The translations under genes and the position numbers were made by a program. DNA of 64,000 bases from Bdellovibrionota bacterium (GTDB taxonomy: Bacteria > Bdellovibrionota > UBA1018 > CAIPTA01 > JAALKR01), in contig CBDBMJ010000001.1 in NCBI GenBank assembly GCA_965207455.1, positions 1,280,001 to 1,344,000 of the forward strand, read 5' to 3'. This document shows, piece by piece, positions 19,625 to 29,854 of this stretch. Under the pieces are notes generated by a model. The model was not told the origin of the DNA. It saw only the letters and a program-made list of their open reading frames with translations, and searched no databases. Every line of letters starts with the position of its first letter. Position 1 is the first letter of the stretch.

Positions 19625-21932
19625 ATGAGTTCATCTAAAATAAGTTTTTTACAGCGAAATATACATATCATAATGGTGCTGTTTTTCGTGACTGCACTGA
19701 GTGGCTGCAGCAGCGCCAGTGATACCTCAGAAGATTCCCTAAAAACACCAAGCTTATTGCTTGTAACTTCAAGCCCATCAAATGTGAAAAAGCCTACTTT
19801 CAAAGTAGAGAATGTAGAGAAAGATGGAACTATAAGTATTTACTCTGATCGAGATTGTACGCAAGAGATTGAAATAGATTCAGACTCAATTACTTCTATT
19901 GGAACTGACTTAATAAGGTTCAATATTTTAAATGAAATTTCTCCAGATGATAATTATTTTTATTATGCGAAACAGACAAATAATAGTGGCAAATCCTCTT
20001 CCTGTTCCTCTAGTGTTTCATATATACTAGATACTGTAGCCTCTCAGCCCACGTTAGCTTTAACAGAAGAAACATCGAGTCCCTCAGTAAATACAATGCC
20101 TAGTTTTCTTGTGTCTAATGTAGAAGATAGAGCAGTGGTTAGTTTACACACAGATCGTGTGTGTTCGGAGGCAAACAAAGTGGATTCAGGCACAGCTAGT
20201 GGTAACTCTATTACATTAGAAGCAACTGCTCTAAGTAGCGATGGAGTATATACCTATTATGCAAAACAGGAGGATAGCGCCCGCAATATCTCTGACTGCT
20301 CTAGTGCAGTGGAATATGAACTGGACAGAAATGTCCCTACACCAATGATAGGATTAACCCAAGAAACCGTCAGTCCGTCACAGAATACAACACCTAGTTT
20401 TTTTGTGTCTAATGTAGAAGATGGATCAATGGTTAGTTTACACACAGATAGTGAATGTTTGGAGGCAAACAAAGTGGATTCAGGCACAGCTAGTGGTAAC
20501 TCTATTACATTAGAAGCAACTGCTCTAAGTAGCGATGGAGTATATACCTATTATGCAAAACAGGAAGATAGCATTGGTAATTCTAGCTGCTCCGATTCTA
20601 TAAGTTATTCATTAGACACAATGGCTGCCGCACCTACTTTATTACTAGTAACATCTAGCTCTGCTGATAATCCTTTTCCAATTTTTAGTCTGGACAATTT
20701 AGAGATTGAAGGCACTGTTAGATTATATTCTGATGAAAGCTGCTCTACAATAGTACAAGATGAAGTTGAAATAACAGAAGAAAGAATGCAAATAACTCTA
20801 TCTATAGCTTTAACTGATGCTGGCACCTATTCTTATTACTCGAAACAAACAGATAAATCAGGGAATATTTCAACTTGTTCCACTCCTATATCTTATGAAT
20901 TTATCAGTAACAGTTTTATAACTGTTTGGCATGTTGGGAGCATGAGACATGGAGATAGAGACAATACCGTCACCCTTCCTCTAAGATCGGGGTATGAATA
21001 CGATTTTACTGTTAATTGGGGTGATGGCACTCAACTTCAAACATTTACTACTTATCGTGACATTACTCATAACTATCAAAATGCAGGAGAATACACAGTT
21101 ACAATAACAGGTCCAAAGTTTCCAGTTTGGTATTTTAATAATGATAATGATGGTATTTTAATAAGATAAAGAAAAAATTATTGAAGTAAAAAACCTTGGA
21201 ATAGTAGGTTGGAAAAATTTAAAGCGTGCTTTTGAGGGTTGCGTAAACCTCACTAAATTTACTGCTGGCAATACAGACACCTCGAATGTAGTGGCTACAG
21301 ATTCTATGTTTGGCCATACTTCGAATTTAACTGATCTTGACTTATCTGGTTTTGATACCTCTAATGTAACGAATATGAATTATATGTTTTCTAGCGCCAT
21401 AGGTTTAACTGAACTTGATTTATCTGGTTTTGATACCTCTAATGTAAAAACAATGAGAGATATGTTCAGTAGCACTCTAGAATTAGTTGAACTTGATTTA
21501 TCTAATTTTAATACCCTTAATGTAAAAGAGATGAATTCTATGTTTAATACTACTCCGAAATTAGTTTCCCTTAATTTGTCTAATTGGAACACCTCTAATG
21601 TAACAAAGATGCAGTATATGTTTAATCAGGCCTCGGGCTTAACTTCCCTTGATCTGTCTCATTTTGATACCTCTAATGTAACGAGTATGAAGAGTATGTT
21701 TCAGGAGGCTTCAGGTTTAAATTCCCTTGATTTATCTAATTGGAATACCTCTAGTTTAGAGAATATAGAGAATATGTTTCGTGATGCTACAGGTTTAAGA
21801 TCCCTTAATTTGTCTAATTGGAATATTCCTAATGTGGAAGGGGATACTACCAGAATCTTTGAGAACACCAGTTCTCTTGTGCTCACTTGTTCTATGGAGA
21901 GTTTTTTTGGGAAAACTTGCACCAGTAATTAG
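19625..21932 (+). pseudogene. Second Ig-like/BspA-LRR surface lipoprotein paralogue, split by a frameshift at ~21143-21169
   Basis: AGGAGG RBS, LSGC lipobox, same domain order as 16290..18380. ORFs 19625..21169 and 21291..21932 are joined by sequence homologous to paralogue 1 in a shifted frame. Confidence 0.85.
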
Positions 21933-21970
21933 CATTTGGATATAAAGCTCTGTATACCTCAAAACAAAGA

Positions 21971-22330
21971 CTAGTGCCTCTTATCCCGGCTCTTTATTTT
22001 AGCGGATTTTCCAAAGAGTTTGCGGAGGTAGTAAATACGCCCTTGACGAACTTTTCCTCTCGAAACCACCTCTATCTTGGTGACTTTCTTCGAGCACAAG
22101 GGATAGATAATTTCCACACCCACGCCACCAGAAATTTTTCGTACTGTAAAGGTGCGGCTAGTGCCTTTACCACTTAGGCGTAGGGCTACTCCTTCCACCA
22201 TTTGTATACGTTCCTTGGTGCCTTCCTGAATTTTTGCGTGCACTCGGATGGTATCTCCAGCACGAAATTGAGGGAGGTCCGAGCGTTTAAACTGTTCTTC
22301 CACTGAGGCTACTAATTTTGAAACATGCAT
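21971..22330 (-). CDS. rplS: 50S ribosomal protein L19
   Basis: FRAGDTIRVH..I.EG.KERIQ, TFTVRKISGGVGVE, GKVRQ.RIYYLR. Confidence 0.97.
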   Translation of the reverse strand: MHVSKLVASVEEQFKRSDLPQFRAGDTIRVHAKIQEGTKERIQMVEGVALRLSGKGTSRTFTVRKISGGVGVEIIYPLCSKKVTKIEVVSRGKVRQGRIYYLRKLFGKSAKIKSRDKRH

Positions 22331-22349
22331 ATTGTCTTACTCCTTCTTA

Positions 22350-22973
22350 TTACTCTCTGTTTTCTCTCTCACCCACTTGCTCACCCGCTTGTTCACCCAG
22401 TAAGCGATCTAAGGTGATCGCAACAGCTGACCGTACAGATAAATGTAAATACTCAGTTTCCCTCTCTGGACGCAAAGGCGGTAGCACCGCATCTGCCTTT
22501 CTGAGAAGGTCACTTTCTATACCCCAGCCCGTACCAAAAACCAATACTATGGGTTGGGAACTTTGCTGAAGCCGTACCTGTAGTTCTCTATACCTCATAA
22601 TTTTTATTTTTTCCACTGTACGTGCCGAAGTCATGACTAAAAAGGGGGCACACCCCCATTTTTCTTCAATCTGGTCCATGGCCTCTTGGAGCCAGGAGTG
22701 AATTTGAACCCTGGAGAGGGCCTCTGCGCGGTCCTGGTTGTAGCTTTTGCCCGCACTGGACTGCCAGTGGTCAATAATTCGCTTGGCTATATTTTGTTGC
22801 TCCCTATCTGGGTTAAGGAGAAAATAGCCAGACACCCCATACGTGCGACAAGCCCTTGAAATATCATGGATATCCAGATTTGTAATGGCTGTATTAATCA
22901 CCTGCCCCGATTTATTCAAAATGGAGTGGTGGAGGAGGCCCACATAGATGGGTGGGGAAAGTGGATCATTCAT
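22350..22973 (-). CDS. SPOUT-family RNA methyltransferase (trmD-associated type)
   Basis: TNLDIHDISRACRTYG, FGTGWG, HLSVRSAVAITLDRL; overlaps the trmD stop. Confidence 0.88.
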   Translation of the reverse strand: MNDPLSPPIYVGLLHHSILNKSGQVINTAITNLDIHDISRACRTYGVSGYFLLNPDREQQNIAKRIIDHWQSSAGKSYNQDRAEALSRVQIHSWLQEAMDQIEEKWGCAPFLVMTSARTVEKIKIMRYRELQVRLQQSSQPIVLVFGTGWGIESDLLRKADAVLPPLRPERETEYLHLSVRSAVAITLDRLLGEQAGEQVGERENRE

Positions 22974-23661
22974 GGTTTTCTTGTCTCTGTATGAGGTCCG
23001 GTCGCTTGGCCAGGGATTGTTTTTGGGACTCTTCCTTGCGCCAGTGTTCAATGCGGGCGTGGTCTCCCGAAAGCAAGACTTCGGGTACGCTCCGGTTGCG
23101 AAAAGTGGAGGGTCGTGTGTAGTGGGGATATTCCAGCAGGCCATTGGAAAAGCTCTCTTGGGCTAGGGAGTCTTTATTGCCCAAAGCACCTGGGAGGAGT
23201 CGAACTATAGCGTCCACTACTACCATGGCAGCCAGCTCTCCCCCGCTGAGAATGAAATCTCCAAGGCTTAGTTCCTCATCCACACAGTCCTCAATAAAAC
23301 GTTCATCCACTCCCTCATAATGTCCGCACACGATGATATAACGGGGTTCTCTTAGGTTCTCCACATGGGCTTGGTCTAGGGGCCTGCCCTTAGGGCTCAT
23401 CAGTAGTGTTGTGGCCCGTTTTTCAGGGCGACGTGCTTGGGCGAACTCCCAAGCCCGGAAAAGCACATCATACTTTAAAACCATACCTGCACCTCCGCCG
23501 TAAGGAGCATCGTCGACTGTTCCCCTAGCGTCGTCGCTAAAATCACGAAGGGAGTGGAGGTGGAAGGAAACCAGTTCCTTGCCAACAGCACGACCAATAA
23601 TACTTTCACTAAGCGGCTGGGAAAACATAGTGGGGAATAGGGTAATAATATCAATTTCCAT
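22966..23661 (-). CDS. trmD: tRNA (guanine-N1)-methyltransferase
   Basis: ITLFP, VDDAPYGGGAGM, CGHYEGVDER, SLGDFILSGGE, LEYPHYTRP. Confidence 0.98.
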   Translation of the reverse strand: MEIDIITLFPTMFSQPLSESIIGRAVGKELVSFHLHSLRDFSDDARGTVDDAPYGGGAGMVLKYDVLFRAWEFAQARRPEKRATTLLMSPKGRPLDQAHVENLREPRYIIVCGHYEGVDERFIEDCVDEELSLGDFILSGGELAAMVVVDAIVRLLPGALGNKDSLAQESFSNGLLEYPHYTRPSTFRNRSVPEVLLSGDHARIEHWRKEESQKQSLAKRPDLIQRQENHE

Positions 23662-23671
23662 CTCAGGCAAC

Positions 23672-24847
23672 TTAGTATGTCTTGGCCTTAGAGTCAACAG
23701 AGCAAACAGCAATCAGCAGGGCTAGGGCCACAATAAGACCAGAGGTGTATAGTGGCCAAGAAATTCCCAGTCGAATAAAAAGATAGCCTGCTATGGGTGG
23801 ACCCAGTATGCGAGCAAGGGATCCGCCGCTTTGGTAAATTCCCATATAGGCACCACTGTGTCCGGGAGGAGCTGCCTTCGACATTATACTCATCAAAGAG
23901 GGGTTGGTCACACTTTGTCCCACAGACAGGAGCAGGAGGAAGAAAACAAAAAAGGATATATCTGTTACAAATCCACTGCCCACCATTCCCAATATAAGGA
24001 GAATAAAGCCAGCAGTAATTAATTTTTGTTCTCCAAATTTTCTGGAGAGTTTACCTATGGCTCCCCCTTGAATCAGTGCCATCACGGTGCCCATCATGGC
24101 AAGGAGAAGCCCCGCACTTTTTGCATCGTAAAGGTAGCGCTCACTCACAAAAAAAGCAAAGCTCATTTCTAGTTGGGAAAACGCCAGGGTATTGAGGAAA
24201 AATAAGACGATAGGTAGAGATGTTTTTTTCAAACCCAGTGCTTTTTTTATCAAGGCAAAGCTAAAATGGCTGCGATTCTTCCGTCGTTCTTGGGAGTATA
24301 GGACTGTTTCTTCCAATACAAAGAAGGCAAAAATAGTGTTGCAAAGGATGAGGACTCCAGCCAGTAGCAAAGGCACGGAGTAACCGTAAGGGGCGAGTAA
24401 ACCTCCTATGGCAGGCCCAAAAACAAAACCTAAGCCAAAGCCTGCACCAATAATTCCCATACCCTTGGCTCGATTTTCTTCCGTGGTGCTATCTGCAATA
24501 TAGGCTGCTGCCGTGGAAATATTAGCGGCAAAAAAGCCGGTTACCAGTCGACAGAAAAAGATACTCCAAAAGGAGGCTGCGTATGCCATAACCAAAGTAC
24601 TTGCTCCCATACCCAGCAGGGAAATAAGAAGTATGGGTTTTCTTCCATAGCGATCCGACAAGCTTCCCCAAACAGGTGCCATAAGAAATTGCATAATGGA
24701 ATAAATTGCCATTACCCAACTCCAGCCAAACGCATCAGAGCCAAAGCTTTTTGTATAGTAAGGAAGTATGGGGATGACAATGCCAAAGGCAAGGAGATCG
24801 AAGAATACGATGAGGAAAATGACGAGAAGGGATTTCTTATTATCCAT
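23672..24847 (-). CDS. MFS transporter, TetA/DHA1-like
   Basis: Motif A GSLSDRYGRKP, GFGLGFVFGPAIGG, about 12 TM segments. Confidence 0.92.
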   Translation of the reverse strand: MDNKKSLLVIFLIVFFDLLAFGIVIPILPYYTKSFGSDAFGWSWVMAIYSIMQFLMAPVWGSLSDRYGRKPILLISLLGMGASTLVMAYAASFWSIFFCRLVTGFFAANISTAAAYIADSTTEENRAKGMGIIGAGFGLGFVFGPAIGGLLAPYGYSVPLLLAGVLILCNTIFAFFVLEETVLYSQERRKNRSHFSFALIKKALGLKKTSLPIVLFFLNTLAFSQLEMSFAFFVSERYLYDAKSAGLLLAMMGTVMALIQGGAIGKLSRKFGEQKLITAGFILLILGMVGSGFVTDISFFVFFLLLLSVGQSVTNPSLMSIMSKAAPPGHSGAYMGIYQSGGSLARILGPPIAGYLFIRLGISWPLYTSGLIVALALLIAVCSVDSKAKTY

Positions 24848-24922
24848 CGAAAATAAGCATATCTTTTTTTCTTGCTTTTTGGAATTTTATTCCTTATGAC
24901 TAGAGTTATGATTAGAAGAAGT

Positions 24923-25831
24923 ATGAACAAATTCTTATTATTATTTCTTATTTTTTGTAATGCGCTGATCTCCTCTCCATTCGCACTTGCCCAGTCCTCA
25001 ACCTCTCAACAAGCTATCCTAAAAATTGATAACCAAGAGTGGCGCATTACCTGGGGCAACGAAGTCATTAGACCCCAAGAAAATATACACAACATAGTGA
25101 TAATCAAAGGGCAGTTACGTTTTTTTGGAAGAGCCGACCGTATGGTTATCGCAGGTGGTAACGTTATTTTAGAGGATGGCTCCCATGTAAACGAGTCACT
25201 CGTCATCTTGGGTGGAAATTTGAAGAAAAGAAATGGTGCTTTTGTGACTGAGAACATACGCTTTGGCTCCCCTGACGATCTACCCGACTGGGTAGACTCC
25301 AGCGCCGCAAGACACATTATTACAGCCTCCAACTTAGACTTTGGCTTCTTCTTTATCTCCTTGCTAACATTGTTCCTGTACATACTGGGCTTGCTGCTGA
25401 TTCGATTTTTTCCAAGCTTCGTAAACCATGTGGAAAATAAACTCCTTGCCTTTCCCCTGCGTTCCTATTGCTACTCTATTTATTCTGTCCTATTATTTGT
25501 ACCCATCTTACTTATATTAGTAATCTCCATTCTAGGCATTTTCTTCATCCCTCTACTCTTTCTTATCTATTCGCTTATCTATTTATTTTCTATTCTCGCC
25601 TTGGCAAATTTTACAGGAAAACGCTTACCACCCAAAAAATTCCCTAATCCCTATCTTAGATTTTCCTATGGTTTCGTTGCAGTCCTACTAGTTTCTTCCA
25701 TACCCTATATCGGTCCACTAGCGATCATAATCATTGCTTTCGGTATAATGGGTGCCACCATGGGAGTGCTCCTAAAGAGCAAGTTTGGTCAACACCAGTT
25801 AAGCAACACACCTCCCAAGCAACTTAGCTAG
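24923..25831 (+). CDS. Exported beta-helix (bactofilin-like) domain fused to C-terminal multi-TM region
   Basis: Signal peptide; repeated VxxGGxV motifs; about five TM helices. Confidence 0.6.
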   Translation: MNKFLLLFLIFCNALISSPFALAQSSTSQQAILKIDNQEWRITWGNEVIRPQENIHNIVIIKGQLRFFGRADRMVIAGGNVILEDGSHVNESLVILGGNLKKRNGAFVTENIRFGSPDDLPDWVDSSAARHIITASNLDFGFFFISLLTLFLYILGLLLIRFFPSFVNHVENKLLAFPLRSYCYSIYSVLLFVPILLILVISILGIFFIPLLFLIYSLIYLFSILALANFTGKRLPPKKFPNPYLRFSYGFVAVLLVSSIPYIGPLAIIIIAFGIMGATMGVLLKSKFGQHQLSNTPPKQLS

Positions 25832-26210
25832 TGAACTTTGATTTCGTAAGAATAGTCTCCACCATCTGTATCAGATCTTTTATTTTTAACGGTTTTTCCA
25901 TATAGCCGGCAGCACCGCTGGAAAGTATTTGCTCTTTAGAATAATTAGAAAACCCCGTCATTAAAACAACAGGTGGCTGCTTAGAGGATAACTTTTTAAT
26001 ATTACTCAACAGCTCCATACCATTACCATGGGGCATGGAAATATCACTCACCACCAGATCCACGGAATTTTTTTTCAGCGCTTGAAGCGCTTCATCTCCA
26101 CTGTTTGCTGTGCGCACGTAATAATTAGCGGACTCCAACTGTGCCTTTACCACTTCACAGATATCCCAGCTATCATCCACAACGAGTATCAGTTTTTTGC
26201 TATCATCCAT
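25824..26210 (-). CDS. Single-domain response regulator (CheY-like)
   Basis: ILVVDD, SDISMP, MTG, EKP. Confidence 0.93.
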   Translation of the reverse strand: MDDSKKLILVVDDSWDICEVVKAQLESANYYVRTANSGDEALQALKKNSVDLVVSDISMPHGNGMELLSNIKKLSSKQPPVVLMTGFSNYSKEQILSSGAAGYMEKPLKIKDLIQMVETILTKSKFTS

Positions 26211-26310
26211 GAACGCTCCTTAGATTCCATGCTTCCTATCCATTATACTATTTTTCCCCAATCACCATCAATCTTCTTGCAATATTTCTTATTTAAACTA
26301 TACATTACTT

Positions 26311-26763
26311 ATGATGAAGGCAACATTTGCAGCAGGGTGTTTCTGGGGAGTGGAAGAGGCTTTTCGTATATTACCCGGTGTGGAAAATACCTCAGTTGGT
26401 TATACGGGTGGTACTACAGAAAATCCCACATACAAAGAGGTTTGCACAGGCAATACTGGTCACGCTGAAGCTATTCAAATTGAATTTAATTCTCACGTTA
26501 TTTCTTATGAGCAATTACTCAACACGTTTTGGGAAATCCACAACCCCAGCACAAAAGATCGACAAGGAGCAGATGTGGGACGACAATACCGTTCTGCCAT
26601 CTTCACCCACAATGAGGAACAAAAGTCCTTAGCCCATTCCACTATGAAAAAACAATCCTCTCGCTACAGCCAACCCATTGTTACGGAAATCACTCCCATG
26701 GCTTGCTTTTACCCAGCAGAGGAGTACCACCAGCAGTATATAGAAAAAGGAAACCGCACCTAG
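26311..26763 (+). CDS. msrA: Peptide-methionine (S)-S-oxide reductase
   Basis: AGCFWGVE, TGHAE, QYRSAIF, AEEYHQQY. Confidence 0.96.
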   Translation: MMKATFAAGCFWGVEEAFRILPGVENTSVGYTGGTTENPTYKEVCTGNTGHAEAIQIEFNSHVISYEQLLNTFWEIHNPSTKDRQGADVGRQYRSAIFTHNEEQKSLAHSTMKKQSSRYSQPIVTEITPMACFYPAEEYHQQYIEKGNRT

Positions 26764-27065
26764 CTTTTATAAACAATTTCCACACTATTTAAATAAGTTT
26801 CCATTTTTTCCGTAAGAGTTTTAATTTTTTTGATATCTGATTTATTTGCAGCCATCTCCATATCAGCCCCTATAACAGATAATTCATGGAAGCCGTAACT
26901 CTGAGCACATCCAGCAATACTGTGACCAATGAGCATAATAGAATGGTAATTTTTCGACTTTATGGATTCTTTTATCACATCCATATCTTTCCAAATATTC
27001 TCTAAAAATTCAGGTGCCAGTTCTTGGAAGAATTCGTCTGGATAAATTTTAATGGCTTCTGGCAT
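26760..27065 (-). CDS. Hpt (histidine phosphotransfer) domain protein
   Basis: GHSIAGCAQSYGFHELS...MEMAA matches the Hpt pattern; GGAG RBS. Confidence 0.85.
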   Translation of the reverse strand: MPEAIKIYPDEFFQELAPEFLENIWKDMDVIKESIKSKNYHSIMLIGHSIAGCAQSYGFHELSVIGADMEMAANKSDIKKIKTLTEKMETYLNSVEIVYKS

Positions 27066-27664
27066 ATCAACTCCGTTATTAATAATTATTATAACAGAGC
27101 TTCCCAGAGTCTTTCGTGTGCGGAAAAAATATTTAAATCCTTGGGCTAGCCAGCCTTTTTACTTTCTAATTCAGGTACGCTTTCTTGAGAATCCGAATGT
27201 AAACGCAATTCTTAACTACCGCATCTAGCGAATAATCACCATTTTAAATCCTTCATGATCTACAGTTATATCAGCGCTAAAAGGTTCTTATTCTACAGCG
27301 CAGTTATGTGTATGAAAAGTTCATCACCATTATCTATTTCTTCTACTATATACTTCTTATCATTAAATTTACTCTTTATGAGCTCAAAACTCCTATTACA
27401 CGAATCTGAAATAAGCCGAAAACTATTTCCAGCTATACTCTTCGGAAGACTCAGATTAGCGTTTACATTATTAGTCAAGAACTAATTTGACCTTTTTTCT
27501 CAGAAAATTATAAAGATTTGTTTTTATTGAATTAATCCGATATTTTTCTTTTGCTTCTGCTCCAGCCCTAGCATCCTTTGTAGTGATAAAAAAGGTGTTG
27601 TTGTGTAAATAGATCCAAATTGAGTCCGAGGGGGACTCGTCCCAGTGCTCTCATTAGGAAAAGT

Positions 27665-27931
27665 TTATTCCTTGGCTGGTTCTGGTTTTTTGGCTTGTTT
27701 TTTGGCTTGTTTTTTTGTTGTTTCTTTAGGCTTTGCTGCTGCTGGTGCTGGTGCTGCTTCCGCTTTTGCCTCTTTGGGTTTTGGGGCAGGAGTTTTCACT
27801 AGGCCAGCCTTGAGTAATGCCCGAACCTTGTCGTCCCCGTTTAGCCACTTTCCCTTGAGGCCTTTAACCGCATACCTGCCTGTTTTCTTTTTATAAATTT
27901 TATGTTCTTTTGTGTCTTTTACTAGTTCCAT
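27665..27931 (-). CDS. Small basic hypothetical protein with Lys/Ala/Pro-rich tail
   Basis: GGAG RBS; GRYAV..KWLNGDDKV core. Confidence 0.7.
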   Translation of the reverse strand: MELVKDTKEHKIYKKKTGRYAVKGLKGKWLNGDDKVRALLKAGLVKTPAPKPKEAKAEAAPAPAAAKPKETTKKQAKKQAKKPEPAKE

Positions 27932-27994
27932 TGTATCTCCGTTATTTCCTGTTCTATACCACTGGGAATGTCCCTTTGTCTATGGGTTATCTGT

Positions 27995-29389
27995 CTATTC
28001 ATGATCTGGGGTAGGATTAGCAAAGCTGGTGTACTGGCTAAGCCAAGCTAGTTTCACTACACCCACCTGCCCAGAGCGGTGTTTTCCAATAATAATTTCT
28101 GCTACTCCTTTTTGTTCTGAACCTTCGGGGTCGTATTGCTCGTCACGATGAATAAACAATACTAAATCCGCGTCCTGCTCAATGGCACCAGACTCCCTTA
28201 AATCGGAAAGCCTGGGACGCTTATTGTCCCTAGAGTCCACACTACGATTGAGCTGTGAGGCTGCTATAACGGGCACCTGCAGTTCCTTGGCAAGCGCCTT
28301 GAGTCCCCGTGAAATTTCTGCCACCTCTTGCTCCCTATTCGATCTATTATGTCTAGCTAGGCCCGTACCCTGCATAAGCTGGAGGTAATCCACAATCACT
28401 AAACCCAGTCCATAACTACTCTGTATACGACGACACCGAGCCCGAATCTCCATAATATTTAAAGCGGGAGTGTCGTCTATAAACATGGGACACTCAGCAA
28501 GTTTCCCTGCTGCCTGCTGCAAACTCTTCCAATCCTTGTCCTGGAGTCGCCCTGTTTTTAAACGATAGGAGTCCACCCTAGACTCCATGGAAAGAAGGCG
28601 CATACCCAACTCCGACTTTTCCATCTCCATGGAAAAAATACCCACCGGCTTTTGATTCTCTATGGTGCAGTTAAGACCCAGGTTGAGCATAAAAGAGGTT
28701 TTTCCCATACCTGGCCTAGCAGCCACAATGATGAGTTGCCCTGGCTGCCAACCCGTGGTGAGTTTGTCCAAATCCGTAAATCCTGAAGACATCCCTGAGT
28801 GGTCCTTGGTCTTATTTTTTTCAATCTGGTCGAAATTACTGAGGAGAATCTCTTTCAAAGAGGAAAAAGCGTTGGTTTGCTTTTGGCTCGTAATGGAGAA
28901 AATTTCTTTTTCTATCGTATCTAAAAATCCTTCTTGCTCATCCACCCCCTCATTGGCTTGCTTTACAAGCTCCATGGAAGTTTGAATAAACTTTCGAAGC
29001 ACGGACTTTTCTTTGACAATTCGACCATAACTGGGAACATTGGCAGAAGAAAACTCCAACTCCACTAAACCCGACAGGTAAGAAGCCCCTCCACATTTCT
29101 CCAATTCATCACTACGGAGCGCTTCTGTAACTGTAATAATGTCGGCTGGATTCCCTTTTGCAATCAAGCTCGTAACCACTCGAAAAATATGCTGATGACC
29201 TAACTTGTAAAAATCCTCCCACTGGAGTTGCAAATCAGCCATCGTATGGTGAGCATGGTTGTCCAAAAGAAGTCCACCCAATACTCCTCGCTCTGCCTCT
29301 ATACTATGGGGAAGGGTCTTTAAAGCACCGCTAGGGGGAAAAGGCGCCCGGGCTTGCTTTGAAAATCCAACCTCTGCTTTTGTATCCAA
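27995..29389 (-). CDS. dnaB: Replicative DNA helicase
   Basis: PHSIEAE, AARPGMGKT, VDYLQLM, RPRLSDLRESGAIEQDAD. Confidence 0.98.
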   Translation of the reverse strand: MDTKAEVGFSKQARAPFPPSGALKTLPHSIEAERGVLGGLLLDNHAHHTMADLQLQWEDFYKLGHQHIFRVVTSLIAKGNPADIITVTEALRSDELEKCGGASYLSGLVELEFSSANVPSYGRIVKEKSVLRKFIQTSMELVKQANEGVDEQEGFLDTIEKEIFSITSQKQTNAFSSLKEILLSNFDQIEKNKTKDHSGMSSGFTDLDKLTTGWQPGQLIIVAARPGMGKTSFMLNLGLNCTIENQKPVGIFSMEMEKSELGMRLLSMESRVDSYRLKTGRLQDKDWKSLQQAAGKLAECPMFIDDTPALNIMEIRARCRRIQSSYGLGLVIVDYLQLMQGTGLARHNRSNREQEVAEISRGLKALAKELQVPVIAASQLNRSVDSRDNKRPRLSDLRESGAIEQDADLVLFIHRDEQYDPEGSEQKGVAEIIIGKHRSGQVGVVKLAWLSQYTSFANPTPDHE

Positions 29390-29404
29390 GGCCTCTATAC
29401 CTTT

Positions 29405-29851
29405 TTATACTTCTGTTACAACAGCTATATTCAATTGTGCCACCACTCCGTTCATCAAATGACAAGGAACTTTATGGGCACCTAGACTTTTAATCGGCTG
29501 AGTAAGCTCAATCTGCTTGCGCTGAACCTTCACTCCTTTTTCTAGGAGCTGCTTATGAATATCTTGATTGGTCACCGATCCAAAAAGCTTATTATTTTCT
29601 CCAGATTTACGTCGAATGGTAATGGTCAACGCTTCCATCTGATCCTTTAAAATTTCTTTTTCCTTCTGGACCAGCTTAAGTTTTCGCTGGAGAGCCCTCT
29701 TGTGGTGCTCCAACTGCTTCACCTGCTTGCTACTCGCTGGTATGGCCACACCTCTGGGAAATAAATAATTACGGGCGTGCCCAGGAGATACATTCACCAC
29801 ATCTCCAATCATTCCAAGTGTTTCTACTATTTCTTTTAATATTACCTTCAT
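29405..29851 (-). CDS. rplI: 50S ribosomal protein L9
   Basis: MKVILKE..LG..GDVVNV.PGHARNYL, KLFGSVT. Confidence 0.97.
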   Translation of the reverse strand: MKVILKEIVETLGMIGDVVNVSPGHARNYLFPRGVAIPASSKQVKQLEHHKRALQRKLKLVQKEKEILKDQMEALTITIRRKSGENNKLFGSVTNQDIHKQLLEKGVKVQRKQIELTQPIKSLGAHKVPCHLMNGVVAQLNIAVVTEV

Positions 29852-29854
29852 GTT

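Noticed and set aside
15553..21932. Possible diversity-generating retroelement (TR/VR pair) or integron cassette array
   Set aside because: No reverse transcriptase or integrase in the window; differences between copies do not appear adenine-specific; no attC-like palindromes seen.
22974..23144. N-terminal extension of the RNA methyltransferase in the ORF track
   Set aside because: It lies inside trmD in another frame; ATG 22973 gives a normal coupled start.
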